Positions 36,861 to 50,750 of a stretch of DNA of 64,000 nucleotides are shown one piece after another. Within the stretch, counting starts at the first letter, position 1; every line of letters starts with the position of its first letter. This stretch comes from Bispira polyomma. Taxonomy: Eukaryota. Made by a program: the position numbers and the translations under genes. Where the stretch lies: the NCBI GenBank assembly GCA_965649765.1, contig OZ287756.1:21452001-21516000 (forward strand). The letters are read 5' to 3'. The notes beneath the pieces are model-generated. The model had not been told where the DNA came from, searched no databases, and saw only the letters and a list, made by a program, of their open reading frames with translations.

Positions 36861-38898
36861 CTGAAAGGATGAAAAAGTAATTTTAACATGACAAGGCTGG
36901 AATAGTAATTCTGATTAGCTGAACATTACGGTAAAATTAACCATATACACATTATACACCGGCTGACTCGTAAGTAGTGTACTTGGTGCCCATGGATATA
37001 TAATTCCTTTAATAACGTGCTTTTGCAGTAAATAGAGCAGGAATCGGGTAATTTATTTTGATTTGTTGTGTTAGAATTGGAACAACACATTTCAAAGCTA
37101 TGATATATGCTAATGTTTACCACTCTAGCCTTTGTGTTACTATGTCTCCAATCGTGGTAAATATTACCATATATCCTGGTCTGTGACAAAATTCAGGCGC
37201 TTCTGGTTCTGTGGAATATAGGCGAAAACTCTAAATGTTGAACACCAAAAGGTATGTATGGTAACACACCAAGCTAGATGTACTGCGTTTTTATCCTGTT
37301 ACAATTAAAATATTTAAACCATATGACAAATACTATATGGTCTGTGACAAAGTTTAGGTACATAAGACTATGACAAATCCTATTTATTAATTATTAAGAC
37401 AGAGGTCTTCAATTTTAACCGACGCCTTGCCTAATACCTTTTTTAATACAGGCTCTGGGACGGTTTTTACTAGCAGAATTAGCCAAGTTAAGTCTTAAGC
37501 TTAATTCTACCAAAAAAGTATATCAGTTTAAGCCTAAGACTTGGCTAAGTCTGTTACAGGATACGGGCCCCAAAGAATACTGAGGTAGAATAAGGCAAGC
37601 CCAGTGAATTACCAAAACAATTGGATGTTGAATATGGACTTTTGATTCACTTCTTCACATTATATCTTTTAAATTTGTTTGTTTTTAGGTGCATTATTAG
37701 TGTGAAAAGATGGCTTTTTTCCGTTTGGCGTTATTTTAAAATTCCTAATCTAAAAATTTTATGTAAGTTGTATATAGCAAAAGTATTTAAACATAAACTT
37801 ATCCTAAACTGCATCAGAATTTCACATACAAGGTCAAAAACACATAGCCTATATCTGACCTTAACGGTCATATGAAATTAATAGTGACTGTTAATGTCAC
37901 TGCAAACCATGATGCATGGCACTTCAGGCACCAAAATTCACAGCATTACGGTAGTTCGATTTTTTTACCAATTATAAACCTTTTAAATTTCTAGACATAA
38001 ACCAAATCACACAATATCAATACTTAGGCTAGTTCCTGTCCTTTCCATTGTGTAGTCATTCCAAATTCCAAAATCAGCAAGCGAACATCGGAAAACCCAC
38101 TACCCAATTGATCGAAGGAAACAGAAATTGTCCCTTTGAACAGTTACAGCAATTGGTAGTTTGACAAACTGATCAAGTCGAATAATTCTGAACTATAAAA
38201 TGTCGATAAATTGGCTATGGACAATACAGCATTGACCGTATTTTGCACTGACATTAAACATATTGTATGGTATTGGTACCATTATATGTGTAACTTTTTG
38301 TTAATGGTTAGAGTATTTTATATATCTCCGTTTACAATATTCAGCCAAACCTCTAAACTATTGGCTGACATGGTACCACACTTCACTTAGTTGTGTGATA
38401 GATTCGACTTCATAACTACAGTTAAAACAACTGCTTATTATATGATTTTAGCTTAATCTAGGTTAAACATTACTTTAAGCACATCTTGTGTCACATCACG
38501 ATGGATAGTTCACTGGTGAAGGAAGTCAGAGCCGGGTAGTAGATCATACATTCTGGCTCTGCAAACCACTGAACCTCAGCAAGTGTACTGCAAACTTTCT
38601 AACATACGTGCCTGGACTGATATTTAAACTTACGACAAATGTGTTATCACAACACCGCAGAGGCTCCTAATATACTACAAGAACACTGACCAGTAAACAG
38701 TTTCTTCACAATTGATGAATTTACTTTGGTTTTATATCCTAGGTCATATCACGACACTTAGATTCAATGGTAAATTATAATGATAAAGTACCTGAGAAAC
38801 TTTCCCACATAAAAGAATGAACGAACAGGAACCACTAGGCCAGGATGACCCCTACTACAGAGGTTGTAGATACCATTGACACTAAGTTATTTACTTAC

Positions 38899-39037
38899 CA
38901 GTATTAGAGATTTCCCACTCAGAAATCTCTTTAAAATCAGCCTGGAATGTCTTCAGGTCCAGACCTCCTTCTGCAGGCATGGTGAGGTTAAACTCCAGGT
39001 TATTGTGAGTCCAGGACCCGAACCACATGTGACACAC
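38899..39037 (-). CDS. nAChR-like exon: end of Cys-loop, loop B (VCHMWFGSWTH...SEWEI)
   Basis: cacag|GTG ... G|gtaagt; 139 nt, phase 0-1. Confidence 0.92.
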
Positions 39038-39051
39038 CTGTGAGAAGACAT

Positions 39052-39475
39052 AGCAATCAACAGAAATAACTTGTGGTGGCTGGGATTAGAACTGGGGCTC
39101 TTTGGATCTTAAGATTAATAGTCCAGTACACCAACAGTTGAGCTAAAGGGGAAACCCCAGAAGTCTGAATGTTTGATGTACTGATATACATGGATATTAC
39201 ATGCCTCTCCCTGACGAAGACCTGACCTCAGGTCTTATACTACGACCACATTAACTCTGCTAACTTACTTGGCTTATGCGAGAAGGATCTTGCCACTGAA
39301 CTCCACCATGTAAACAACAGGAATAACTTAGGTCTGCTGTAAACTTATAAAAGAGGCTTGCTTCTGCTAGGATTCGATCCTGGGTTGTCATGGATAAAAT
39401 TATTAGGTTGTTTTAGCTAAAGGGGAAACACCAGAAGCCTGAATGTTTAATGTACTGATGTACACGGATGTTACA
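39052..39475 (-). mobile_element. TRIM-like miniature LTR element
   Basis: Direct repeats 39475-39309 and 39201-39052 both start TGTAA; PBS TGGTGGAG (39308-39301); purine tract AGGGAGAGG before the 3' repeat. Confidence 0.65.
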
Positions 39476-39506
39476 ATATAGATAGGTAGATTATATTTCA
39501 GACTCC

Positions 39507-39853
39507 AGGGGCCATATTCACAAAGATTCTTATTATTAGAAGTACATTATTCTTAGCATTACAAATATTCTTACAATTTTCTCAAAAAAAATTTCAGACT
39601 AAGAAATTTCCAAATATAATTCTAAGAATAACAATTTTCAAATTGATTGTATTTTTTTTCCTAGATTAAAAAAATGAATGAGGCTAAAATCAAAGAATGG
39701 TACACCAATTTAAAAAAAAAATCTAAGATTAAGAAAGCAACAAATGTTAAAATTTTCATTCATCGAAATTTTTTTAGAAACTTCTTAGATTTAGACAAAT
39801 TTTAAGAATAAGAGTAATTCTGAGAAAAAAGAATCTTTGTGAATACGGTGTAC
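39507..39853. mobile_element. MITE (TIR tattcacaaagattctt / aagaatctttgtgaata)
   Basis: Inverted ends; related elements at about 27650-27783 and 35657-35768. Confidence 0.6.
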
Positions 39854-41721
39854 AGGGTATACAGATATAATTAAGATAGAGACAAAAATAGAAGACAGAA
39901 ATCAACAAAATAGATTTCCCCTTAAAAATATAGGTTAGTTCCACGCACTGTTTTCTCTTGTAGTTAAAAGGGTTAAAAGAATAATTTACAATCGTTGTAA
40001 AACTAGTCATAGCTGTACAAACTGCACTCATCAAAAAGAAAAAAATACAGAAAGAGCATTTATTGTCACTGCAACTAATTAATTGTAAATCATTTCAGAC
40101 CTGCAACAAAAATTGGAAACATGTAAGCAGAGATTGTTTTTGTTCTAATAAAAAATATTTATTTTTAATGAAAATAATTTGTAACTTGACTAAAAATAAT
40201 TTCAGACCATCAATGAACGTCAAACGTGATAGGTTTTAATGCCAGTAATTGTTACAGTTAAAAACAAAATAATTTCAGCCTAGCAATAATTGCTAATTAG
40301 CACTGACTGTTTTAATGGCCAATCCATTTCTGTATCATGTACATATTTGCAATTAATTAGGATTTTAAAGCAAAACCAACACCTGCTCCTCCTAGAATTG
40401 GGGGGAAAATGCTTTTTTTTTTTAATGTGGATAGGTCATTGAGTTTATATATTTTTATACATAAAGTGCATGAATATTTTTAATCAAGGATTGGTCATGT
40501 GCTGAATGATAACCCTCGGTTCAAAATAATAGCAAAGGCAACATACTTTTTTTACCTTGAGTGTACTAGTTTTTACAAATATGCATGATTTACTAAATTG
40601 GTTCTGAAAGCTTAACCTTTTGAACTTTTTAAACTACAACTTTTACAGTCCAAATAAGGGTGTCACTGCTTCACCGGCACTAAATTGATTTATTTAGAAA
40701 ATTTTGATAGTGTTGAATGGATTAATGATTCATGTAAACTACTTGTTCCTTGAGAATCGATACTCGTACGACATAGCATTGGTAATCAGTTAGCTAATGC
40801 TATGTTCACATATTGTCCAAGTATGTTATCCTCCAGTGTACATTGTGACATTACCGGGAGTTGAATCCAGTTGATGACCTGATCACCAGACCAACTCCTG
40901 AAGCACTAGACCATAGAATAATCGGATAATACTGCAATACGTCCACAGCAAATATTTGGGTAAACTTGCTTTAGGGGAGTAGCTAGGATTTTTATTTCGG
41001 TATTCTCCAATTTATCCATGAATTATATTCGTGTGTGGGGTGGGGGACTGTCATTACACATTTATTTTTATTTTTCCTGTCATTAAATTGGTAAGCCTGG
41101 GCGTATTGGCTTCTACACTAGCTACGCGCCTGCAGGCTGCTTAATCCATTTCAATTGAAATATGTATATGTCCATACTATCGTCTGGAGCTTGTTAAATA
41201 TATTAAGACAAATAGCCAAATGCATGATTTTTTTTATAGATGTTAATGGTACAAAGATGGTGGTTTTAACTCGGCACACCCCTGGCTAAACTTGGTAAAC
41301 CTAATTGATTAAATATTTGCTTCTGTACAATAATTGACTGACATTAACTATTTCGACAGTTATATTTTTATAGCATCTAGCAGGGGACAGGATCTGTTAT
41401 TTGCTGTAATTGTCTGTCAGCAAGCAGTCATACCCCAATTATGTACATGTAATTATATCATCTTTTACACGCCAGGCTGCTCTAAAATGCGGAGGTGTGT
41501 GTTTTAGTGACTCCAGCTATCTTTCAGTTCACACCAATACTTCTTTCACAGTCATGAAATGGCTTCTCTTTAACTAATACTGTTTCAGGCAAGTTCAAAA
41601 ACCGCATTGATTCTTTTAAAGCTAAGTGTCCTCGGTTAAAACTCGTCCTGAGTTGCCATCACCACCCAGTATACCACGTTCTCTACTGTTATATAAGGGA
41701 TCTGAGGGATGGTTTACATAC

Positions 41722-41854
41722 CTGTTTATCAAAGGGGAAGTCAGTGACATCAATAGAGCAGGAACTGCTGAATATTTGATGTGGAAACCACTGTACTCTG
41801 CCATCAGGATATACTATAGCAAACACCTTGCGGGTCTCAGTCTTCACATCAGCT
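41722..41854 (-). CDS. nAChR-like exon: ...DGRVQWFP...[15 protein letters not shown]
   Basis: gtgtag|A ... CAG|gtatgt; forms the C-x13-C Cys-loop with the next exon. Confidence 0.93.
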
Positions 41855-43184
41855 CTACACAATGCAGGAACATTTACAAATAGTTGGGTTTCACGTCGTT
41901 TTCAACAGGTTATATTTTATGTATTATCAAGACGGCCAGATTTATTGATGGACGAATCCAGTGGCTGCAGCACAGTAAACCAATGGCCTAAGACAAGTAC
42001 CTGGTCAAATTTCAAACTCAAAAGAACAAATGGTATTGGAACCCAGATTGGTCAGAGGCCAGTGATTGTGAATCTAACACTTCTAACCACTGGGCCCCTG
42101 TAAATATTAAAACAAACAGTCATTGTCACTCAGTGTTTTGTTTAGTTTGGTTTTACTTTTTAAGTCTAGGATACACAGGTCAAAGGTTGACTTTGATAAA
42201 TGGTTTACATTTGATGTTTTCCCCAGGATATGCTCCTCCCTACCATTCCCTCCACTGCATATTAAAAATATATTTCTTTAATGATGGATTCCTTTCATAG
42301 CTATCTCCTGGGTATTGGCTGACCTTTTGATGTTGATTTTTTCCTCGTGTGTCCAAACAGAGAAATGTGGGCTGAACCTTAGAACCACTTCACGCTTTTT
42401 AAACTTGAGTTATGGGGAGACTTTAAGGGATTGACAAAACAAATTGCTATTCTCAATAAACTTCCTCCCAGTAGGCACAATATGAAGGTTAGCATCCTGC
42501 CGTTGCTTCTGTGTTAAATATTTGATGCAAGGATATTTAAGCTGATGTATTGTCAGTTGATAATGGTGAGATTTATATCTACAGCGAAAGACAAAGTACT
42601 GACATTTTAAAACTACAGGCGGAAACAATGGACAACCAACTACTCATGAAATAAATAGGTAGGTACGTTTAGAGAACTAAAGAACAATCCAATTTTACTC
42701 TAGTGAAATACTATCTATCAACTGTATGTCAAGTCCCAGAAAGGGCACCATTTTTCATCTCAAACAACATTAAGGAAGGTTGTCCCATATTTTTTCTTGT
42801 AATAAGCTTGCATATTTTATTGTTAGTTCATTGTCCTGTGGTTATGCTACCTGGCAGTTCTTGCTTTTCACTTGCGGGTGCCCAGTTTATATGATTACTT
42901 TAGCTTTACTTCCAGTAAACAAATATAGTGGTAAAAGGGCAAATTTTCCACGAATTTTTTTAAGAAAATGCAGCAAATTTATGTAGTTATAAATAAATGT
43001 ATTTCCAAATCAGAATCCATGCATTTATTGTTTTAATATTGCAATTGGTGTCAACTTTGACGGAATGTTTGAATCAGATAGTTGGTTACCAAAAATAGGA
43101 CTCAGGTATATTATAAAACCATTATGGTATTATTGTATTTTATTCTATATTTTATTTTAAACATGCTTTATTGATGCGAGGCAT

Positions 43185-44166
43185 CTTCTGGATCAAATTG
43201 TACCTTGCTCTTAGAACCCAAAAAATCAAATTGGGCGACCACTTTTCATCCTCTTTTAACCTACCATTTGGAGTACCCCAGGGGTCGGTTCTCGGCCCCT
43301 TACTGTTTACCCTCTACACCCATCCTCACAGTGCAGTCGTCAATAATCACAAGGTTAAACATCACATGTATGCTGATGACACTCAAATCTCTCTCTCTCT
43401 TAACACTCAGAATGCCAGAGACAACCTGGATTTACTTGCCGACTGTCTCTTCTCAGTTCAGGCGTGGATTAACTACTTCAAACTGAAACTAAACCCTGAC
43501 AAAACTAATTGGAAATAAGAAACACAGTGAATACTTAAGATCACTTTTCCCAATCACACTGCTGGACAATGAGATTCAACCTTCAGACCAGGTCAAAAAC
43601 ATAGGTGTCACTATCGACCCTGGTTTTTCATTTCTTCCTCACATTAACAACATCCGCCGCTCCTGTTACTATCGCATTCGGGCCCTAAAAAGAATCAGAA
43701 ATTATATGTCACTAGATTCTGCTATCACTGTGGCCAACGCTCTTGTAAGTAGCCGCCTTGACTACTGTAATTCTCTTCTGTATGGAGCCAATAAGTCCCA
43801 CATAACCAAGTTGCAGTCCATTCAAAACTATCTAGGTAGAGTCATTTTTCGTTTGGGAATCGTTTGATGTCACTCCATACCTCAAGAAACTTCACTGCCT
43901 TCCTAATCACTAACGAATTCTTTCTATTCACTATCAACAGCCTCACTAACCCGCTACTGAACTCTCCTTCAGCAGCCTTAAAAGGGGAAAAAGACTCTCT
44001 GTTTCCTCTAAAAAAAACACCAAGAGGGTTGGATCTAGAGCATTCTCGGTTGCTGCCCCTATGTTATGGAACAGTATTCCAGTTGAACTTAGACTGCTTG
44101 AAACACTTTCTGATTTTCAAAGAAAGCTTAAAACCTATCCCTTCAGGCTCGCCTATCCGGGGTAGT
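43185..44166 (+). mobile_element. L2/CR1-type LINE 3' fragment (RT)
   Basis: GVPQGSVLGPLLF, MYADDTQ, KLNPDKT, SRLDYCNSLL motifs. Confidence 0.9.
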
Positions 44167-44182
44167 CTTCCTGGTCGCTGAT

Positions 44183-44343
44183 ACAGTTGATCAAGCTTTT
44201 GCACTGAAACCAGCGGCCCACAGTAAGGAACTACCACCTTTCCCACATAAGCATCAACAGGATTTGAACTCATGCCGCCCAGAGGTGAGAGACCAGTGAT
44301 TATGAAGCACAATGCTTGCTAACCACTCGGCCACCTCGGCCCC
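44183..44343 (-). mobile_element. tRNA-derived SINE (same family as 25014-25264)
   Basis: Near-identical head and body (cagtaaggaactaccacctttcccacat). Confidence 0.8.
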
Positions 44344-45123
44344 CATGTGTCCAACATAACCTGGGTCATCGTTAGTTGGGAATTGGGAGTTTACACCAGA
44401 CCTACTCCTTCAACCGGGAGTGGAACCAGTGACCTACTGATCACCAGACAACCAGACCAACTCCCTAACCACTATGCCAGGGGAGACCACAAATAAATAT
44501 ACATTACATTTATACATAGATGCTCACATATTTATGGTAAATAAAGCATTATACATTAATGCAAAAGTAATATATTATCCCTGAAACTGACAACTGTTTT
44601 TTTAAATATTTTAACAAGTTGTTTTTGTTGTTTTAATCAAGAAAACTGGTTTAAAAGGTTCCATATTGCAAACATTAGATGTTGTACGTAGAGATATTCT
44701 GCTGAGCTGACGGTGTTTCATTCGTCTTTCATATTTTACATTGATGAATAACACAATTGCGGAACAAGTGGTCCTTTGTCAATGTATTGTCATCAACTTG
44801 GCATTTTAATAAATATTTAATAGTGAGAAATTACAAACTTGATGGAGGTATCTTTTGCTAGTTCAGTATAATACAACTATTGGGTAATGGCCAAAAGTAG
44901 TCATTTATATTTGATTGAAACAGCTAAAAAATTGCCACAATAAAAAAGGCAATTCAGCAGGTGGCTGGCCAGCTGATTTGAACACCCATTGGATTTGGCT
45001 ACAGCCGTGGCTAGAACAGCGGGTAGTCATCAACATCACTCAGTATGCAGGCTATAATGCAGGTTATAACATGTTCCCCGAATTTAGCTTACTTAAAAGT
45101 GTGTATATGATGTGATTACTTAC

Positions 45124-45233
45124 GTATTCAGCAGCATGACATCGGGAATCCATATTTCGTCAGCCACAAAGCGTAGCTTCTGTATGCCTCCGTAATGGTC
45201 CGGGTCCCAAGTCAGGTACTGGTCCACCCAGGA
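45124..45233 (-). CDS. nAChR-like exon: loops D/A (SWVDQYLTWDPDHYGG...IWIPDVMLLN); upstream exons not located
   Basis: 110-nt exon, ttctaag|TCC ... AC|gtaagt, phase 0-2. Confidence 0.93.
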
Positions 45234-47049
45234 CTTAGAAAAAAAAACCAAAATAACAGTTTGTAATGGTAAAACTACTTATAATTGCATTACTAGTGTC
45301 TTCAGAGAGGGATTCACACAAAAGCAACTTGGGAACACTGCTTTTGATAAAATCAAATCTGAGCAATGAAGTGACTGATTTGCTTTGTGGAATGCTTTGT
45401 GGACTGTAGGTAAAAGTGGTTAACTATTGATATTGAAACGAAAACCTTAGAGCAATAGATACACTTGCAGAGATACATCGCTTAGCATGGTAATACTCGA
45501 ATTTTATATTCCAGATCAGCATGAATAATGACATATTTTCACAAATGCTTTACCTCAAAAATTGGTTTGAGATCTATCACGATTTTGCTGAGGCTTTGTA
45601 AATCATTGAGTAGTGGTTACTCTACATAGTAGCTCCGATGGCCACTTAAAATGGTTTTTTGCTATCTTGCTATTTGCTTCTATCCCCACTGACAGGCTTA
45701 GAATCTTGGGATTATCAATAAGTGGTTATCCTCAAGCCTATATTTGTAAGGGCAATACTAGTATTTTTAGTGCAGTCAAAAAATGGTGAAAATGTAAAAG
45801 GAACTGAATAGACTATAATTAATTAACTTAATAAATTTAATAACTTATTAAATTACTGACCTAAACAATGTTAAAAAGAAGCAATCTGTTTCGATTATTT
45901 ATTAAAATACTATATGGTTCTAGAAATAATAGATGTTCTTTGGTGTAAATCCTTTTTACACCTTCTGCATGTGTTACATTGCATTTCATGTAATAAATAA
46001 AGTGATACATTTTCTAATATATAATGCAACTTGAGACAAGTAGTAACTGTATTCTAGTTTTTATTCTAAAAAAAATTCTCACAACTTTAATTAACTACAG
46101 AAACCTATTTAGTAAAGAAAGGAGAACGCCAAAAGATGTGCAAGTATTTGAGACGAAAATAAGATCATGAAATAGAACATCCATGACTCTCCATAATTCT
46201 GCATACATTTATGTTTCTAAATATTGCTTACTGCGTCTCCACTTTATTAGATTGTTTAATCACATGTGAATTAGTTTTACACTCAACAATTCTATTTAAC
46301 TTACTTTCTAGAGCAATCTTGACCCCAAGAATTGAGTAAATTTATTGAAAAAAATATCTGGTGTGATGCATTTTCTAAAGCGAAACAACAGAATTAATTA
46401 ACCAATCGAGAAGTTCAAAAAACATTGCCAAGGTATCACTTCCTATTGTTTTATGCAACGCTTGTGTTTATGCAAATAAAGTTAAACCTTTTATATTCAT
46501 ATTTTTTTTATTTTTAATCAGGTAAACTCCAAATATTATCTATATAAATGTTCACAAACTCTTTAGGTAATAAAGTGCCTACTGTATTTCATTAACAATA
46601 TATCTGAATACTTCCAAATAACTAAAAAAATCATCAGATATCAGAGTTGCAGTGATGGAACCGACTGCTAACAAGGGCCTAAAGGGGTTAGTAACGTAAA
46701 CACACAAGTGCATCACTGATTTATTTGATTTAATTTTCGCCTAAAAACACATTATGGCAGCCTTAAAATCATTATAGTGATGTTTTGAACTGTTTTTTAT
46801 GAATATACAATTTAAAACTGTAATCGTTTAACAGAAAGTGATTAAAACACATGTATGACAAATCTGATATTGTGACGTATTGTGCAATTTCATGGATTAT
46901 TAAATACATTTACACACACAAAATACTGCCAAAATCATGTCTCTACTTATAGCTTTCTGATAATATTTTTTAGTTTAATACACAATTCTCTATCAACTCT
47001 GTCAATGTTCTCAGGGCACAAAAGACTTCTTTTATAAGCCTTCAATTTC

Positions 47050-48655
47050 AATTTCACCAAACTTCAAAAACTAAAGATTATTGTATTACTGTTAGTCCTT
47101 GTTTTATTATTAAACCATTTTCCTCAACAAGATAAATCAATGTTGTATTTCATTAGTTATATTCAATTGTATATCATTTGTCTCAATTCCAAATACAATT
47201 TCAGAGACAGAATATTCTCAAAGGTCATATATATTCATGACCTTGTTGATCCACCTCTTTGTTTCCAACCAAAAGACTTTGTGCAGTAATATAGATGATG
47301 TTTAATAATGTCAATCAATCCACAATAGTTACAGAATGAGCTGTCTTTAATCTTCCACTAAGTAAATTGGAGTTACAATTAAGAATTCTATTTAGAATCT
47401 TGTATTAGAATGATGGAAATAGGATTCTTTTATAAATATATGTATTGACCCAAAAATGTTGTGCCATGGGGCTACTACCATTTATCTATTGCTGTTGGTT
47501 GTTGCAATTTATTATTGACCACTGCTCAATAGAGAATATTCTTTTGGCCTTTGTAAGATCTGTCAGTGTGTCTTTGACCATTATTTTGGGGATTTTCCTT
47601 AAATTTGATTAAAAATCGGTTTACATTTGATTTTATCTATCAATTATAGTATTTAGCTTAGCTTTTGCGTTTTTTCCTGTCCCCTAAAAAATCAAACATT
47701 CGGCCTACTTTTTGTAGTATGTGTAAAGGGCAATAGCATACTGATAATTGGTAACATATCTGCGTCAAAATTAAAGTTTTTGATAATAATATATTACCTT
47801 TTAAAGACAGGTTTCGACTAGTCCATTTTTGGTTATTTTCTCTATTGCACTAAGTTTATTTTGATAATTTAAAGTAATAGCTTCATTGATATTATATGAA
47901 AACCATACTTCCATTATTTTAAAAACAGTTTGATTTATTTTTTTTACTTATTTGTTTTGGTAATGTTATAGCTTTTTCCATGTAAATTTTAAGACCAGAT
48001 CATTTTTAAAAACTCGAAGAATTGATATTTATTTGAAATTAATCCAACATAACAAGTAAAAACTGTGGTGTCATCTGCTAAGTGACAAATTTTATACTCA
48101 GCCATCTGCAACTAGTATAAATAAAAGAGCGGATATTGGACATCCTTCTCTAAGGTTTCTGCTTAACTAAAAGTAGTTTGAAAAGTATCATTTATTATTG
48201 ACATATGATTGTATATATGTGTACAGTAATTATATCCAATTAAGAAATTTGGTCCAAAATTGAAGGCTTCCAGTGTTTTGAAAAGGAATGGCCACTCATC
48301 CCTGTCGAAGGCTTTTTTAAATCAAGTAAGACTGTATATCCCGGTATATGTTTTAAATCTGTATAGGACATTAAGTCTTCAATAATTTTGACATTTTCAC
48401 CTGTACATCTTTCTTTAATATACCCACTTGGTCAGTTTGAACCAATTATAATCTACTAGCATGGGCCTATGTTACAATTTTATAATCTGTGTTAAAAAGG
48501 CTTACTGGGCTCCAGTGTTTCAAATGCAGTAAGTCTTTGTTTACTTTTGGTTTTAGATTCAATATGCCTCGTTGATCATTTGAAAAAAAGGTTATTTTTA
48601 AATAAATATTTAAAGCTATCAAACAAAATAAGTTTAATGTGTGGCCAAAAAAATT
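47050..48655 (-). mobile_element. Tx1/L1 LINE remnant (RT to C-terminus), highly degraded
   Basis: Collinear with 16946-19359: WSPVSLFNTDYK, GCPISALL, ADDTTV, NLSLK, YKILNRILNCN remnants. Confidence 0.75.
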
Positions 48656-48679
48656 ATAAAAGTTTGCGGGATGGAGAGA

Positions 48680-50230
48680 AGATATATACTACCCAACAGA
48701 CAATATCAATATGGGCAGCTAGAAACTTGTCATGGAAAGGGAAGATAACTATATTAATAATACCGAAGTTTATACATTTATTTATATCTATATACACACC
48801 TGACCACATACTAGATAGAATCCACTCAATGTTGTTCAAATTCCTATGGAAAAATAAACCCGCAAAGGTAAAACAACAACACACAATCATGGAAAGGGAA
48901 GATAACTATACTAATAATACCGAAGTTTATACATTTATTTACATCTATATACACACCTGACTACATACTAGATAGAATCCACTCAATGGAAAAATAAACC
49001 CGCAAAGGTAAAACAACACACAATCATTAGTAGCTATGAAGAGACAGGGCTAAAGATGCCAGACATTTACAGCATACACGTATCACAAAAAATAAAATGG
49101 GTTAAATCCTTACTGAACAAAAATCATAAAAGATGGAAAACCCTTGTTCATTCATTGATCAATATAGATAAAAATCTCTTAAAGTTTAGACTCTCTGATG
49201 TGTATCTCGAAAATACCAACTCTAGTATTTATAAGCAAATGCTCAAGTGCTAGTTCTCTTTCAAAACGGAACCCCCAACCTCAATCGAAGACATTATAAA
49301 TGAGTATATCTTCTACAATACTCTCATTATGAGGGGTAATCGATGCTTAAGCAAAATAGCTTGTAATAACAAAGACCTGGTTTACAATCTGAAAAAACTC
49401 GATCTACTAAACCACAAGCAAGACTTTCTCTCCTTTGAAGAATTTAGGCTAAACTTTAAATGGAAAATAGACAAGTCTTATGAGGGAATACTACAGGCTA
49501 TTCCAGTAGAATGGAAGAAAACAATTAAAAAGTTGGGCGAAACTACTATGTTAAATAAAAGAGGCAGAATATATATCAATAGAGGAAAAGTAATAAAACC
49601 TCTAGAAAAAATTACCTGTAAGGACACTTAGTGGACACTAGTTGGGAAAAAAGCAAAACACCCACCTCGATAGATACATGGGTTGACTTATTCCCCTTCC
49701 TGGAAAGTATAGACTGGAGCTTAATATTTCGATTAGCAAATAAGGTCACCTCTGAAACTTATTTACAAACATTTCAATACAAAATATTGAACAGAGTATT
49801 GAACTGTAACTATAACTTACACAAAAAGAGCATAATAGAGAATGCCCTTTGTAAATATTGTAATGGAAACAACATTGATACCTTGGAGTATCACTTAATC
49901 TACTGCAAATAAACTGTAACCTTTTGGCAAAAGATTAAAACCCTATAAGCTGAAACTTTTTCAGTGGACATACAACTCAGCACCTGTGAAGTGCTTTTTG
50001 GTCTACCATGGCCGGACAACACACTTTCCTAAAAAAAATACGTAATCTTCTGGGAAAATGGTTTATAAACAACAAAAAAACAAATAATAACTCTATTCTG
50101 ATGGATTTTTTATTAATCTTAAAAAAGAAACTACAAATACTAAAGATTATCTATAGAAATAAAAAGAAGGACACTACTTATGTGCAATCGTTTGGTAAAA
50201 TCTTAAAAAAAAAAAAATTGTCTGTCTAAA
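48680..50230 (+). mobile_element. Tx1/L1 LINE 3' fragment with internal 157-bp tandem duplication (48731-49027)
   Basis: RNLSWKGKI, KPAKVK, GLKMPDI, TFQYKILNR, CKYC..IDTLEY motifs. Confidence 0.85.
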
Positions 50231-50559
50231 ACAACTAGACAATATTGCAAGTAATCAATTCAGATCAGTTGTCATAAGTTATTCCACTGTGGAGGTAATA
50301 CTTTTAGCCAACATGTATGTGTGAAAATCACAGATATGGGTGAAATAGTACAACATTTCTGAAGTCACTTCTTACTGTTTTACCTATATTGATAAAAGTA
50401 ATACTGAATATCTATCAGTTTCTACAGTGAAATCCAACCAACAGTACCATAATGCAAATATTCTGACTTTACCTTTTAGATGTCTTAAATAATAAACTTG
50501 TTTGGTCAAAGGTATGTTTGCACATTCTACAGTTGCTCATTATATTTGAACTTAGTTTA

Positions 50560-50750
50560 GTTTCACATTGCTTTTAAAAGCTTAGATCATATCACGATGG
50601 TCAATTTTATTGGTGGATGAACCACTGACCTATGGCAAGCAACTGACCTACTTTTCCACACGAAGAAACAGATAGGATTCAAACCCACATTGGTAAGAGG
50701 CTATTGGTTCTAAAGCAGGCCCTTCTAACCACAAGGCCGTCACAGCCCCT
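50560..50750 (-). mobile_element. Degraded tRNA-derived SINE; similar remnants at about 33310-33530 and 38455-38670
   Basis: ggattcaaaccc B-box complement and ctaaccac...ggcc A-box complement; shared ggtcatatcacg body. Confidence 0.55.

Noticed and set aside
47050-50230. Twin-priming inversion of one Tx1 insertion
   Set aside because: Both halves cover the same C-terminal part of ORF2 and are diverged, so they are independent insertions.
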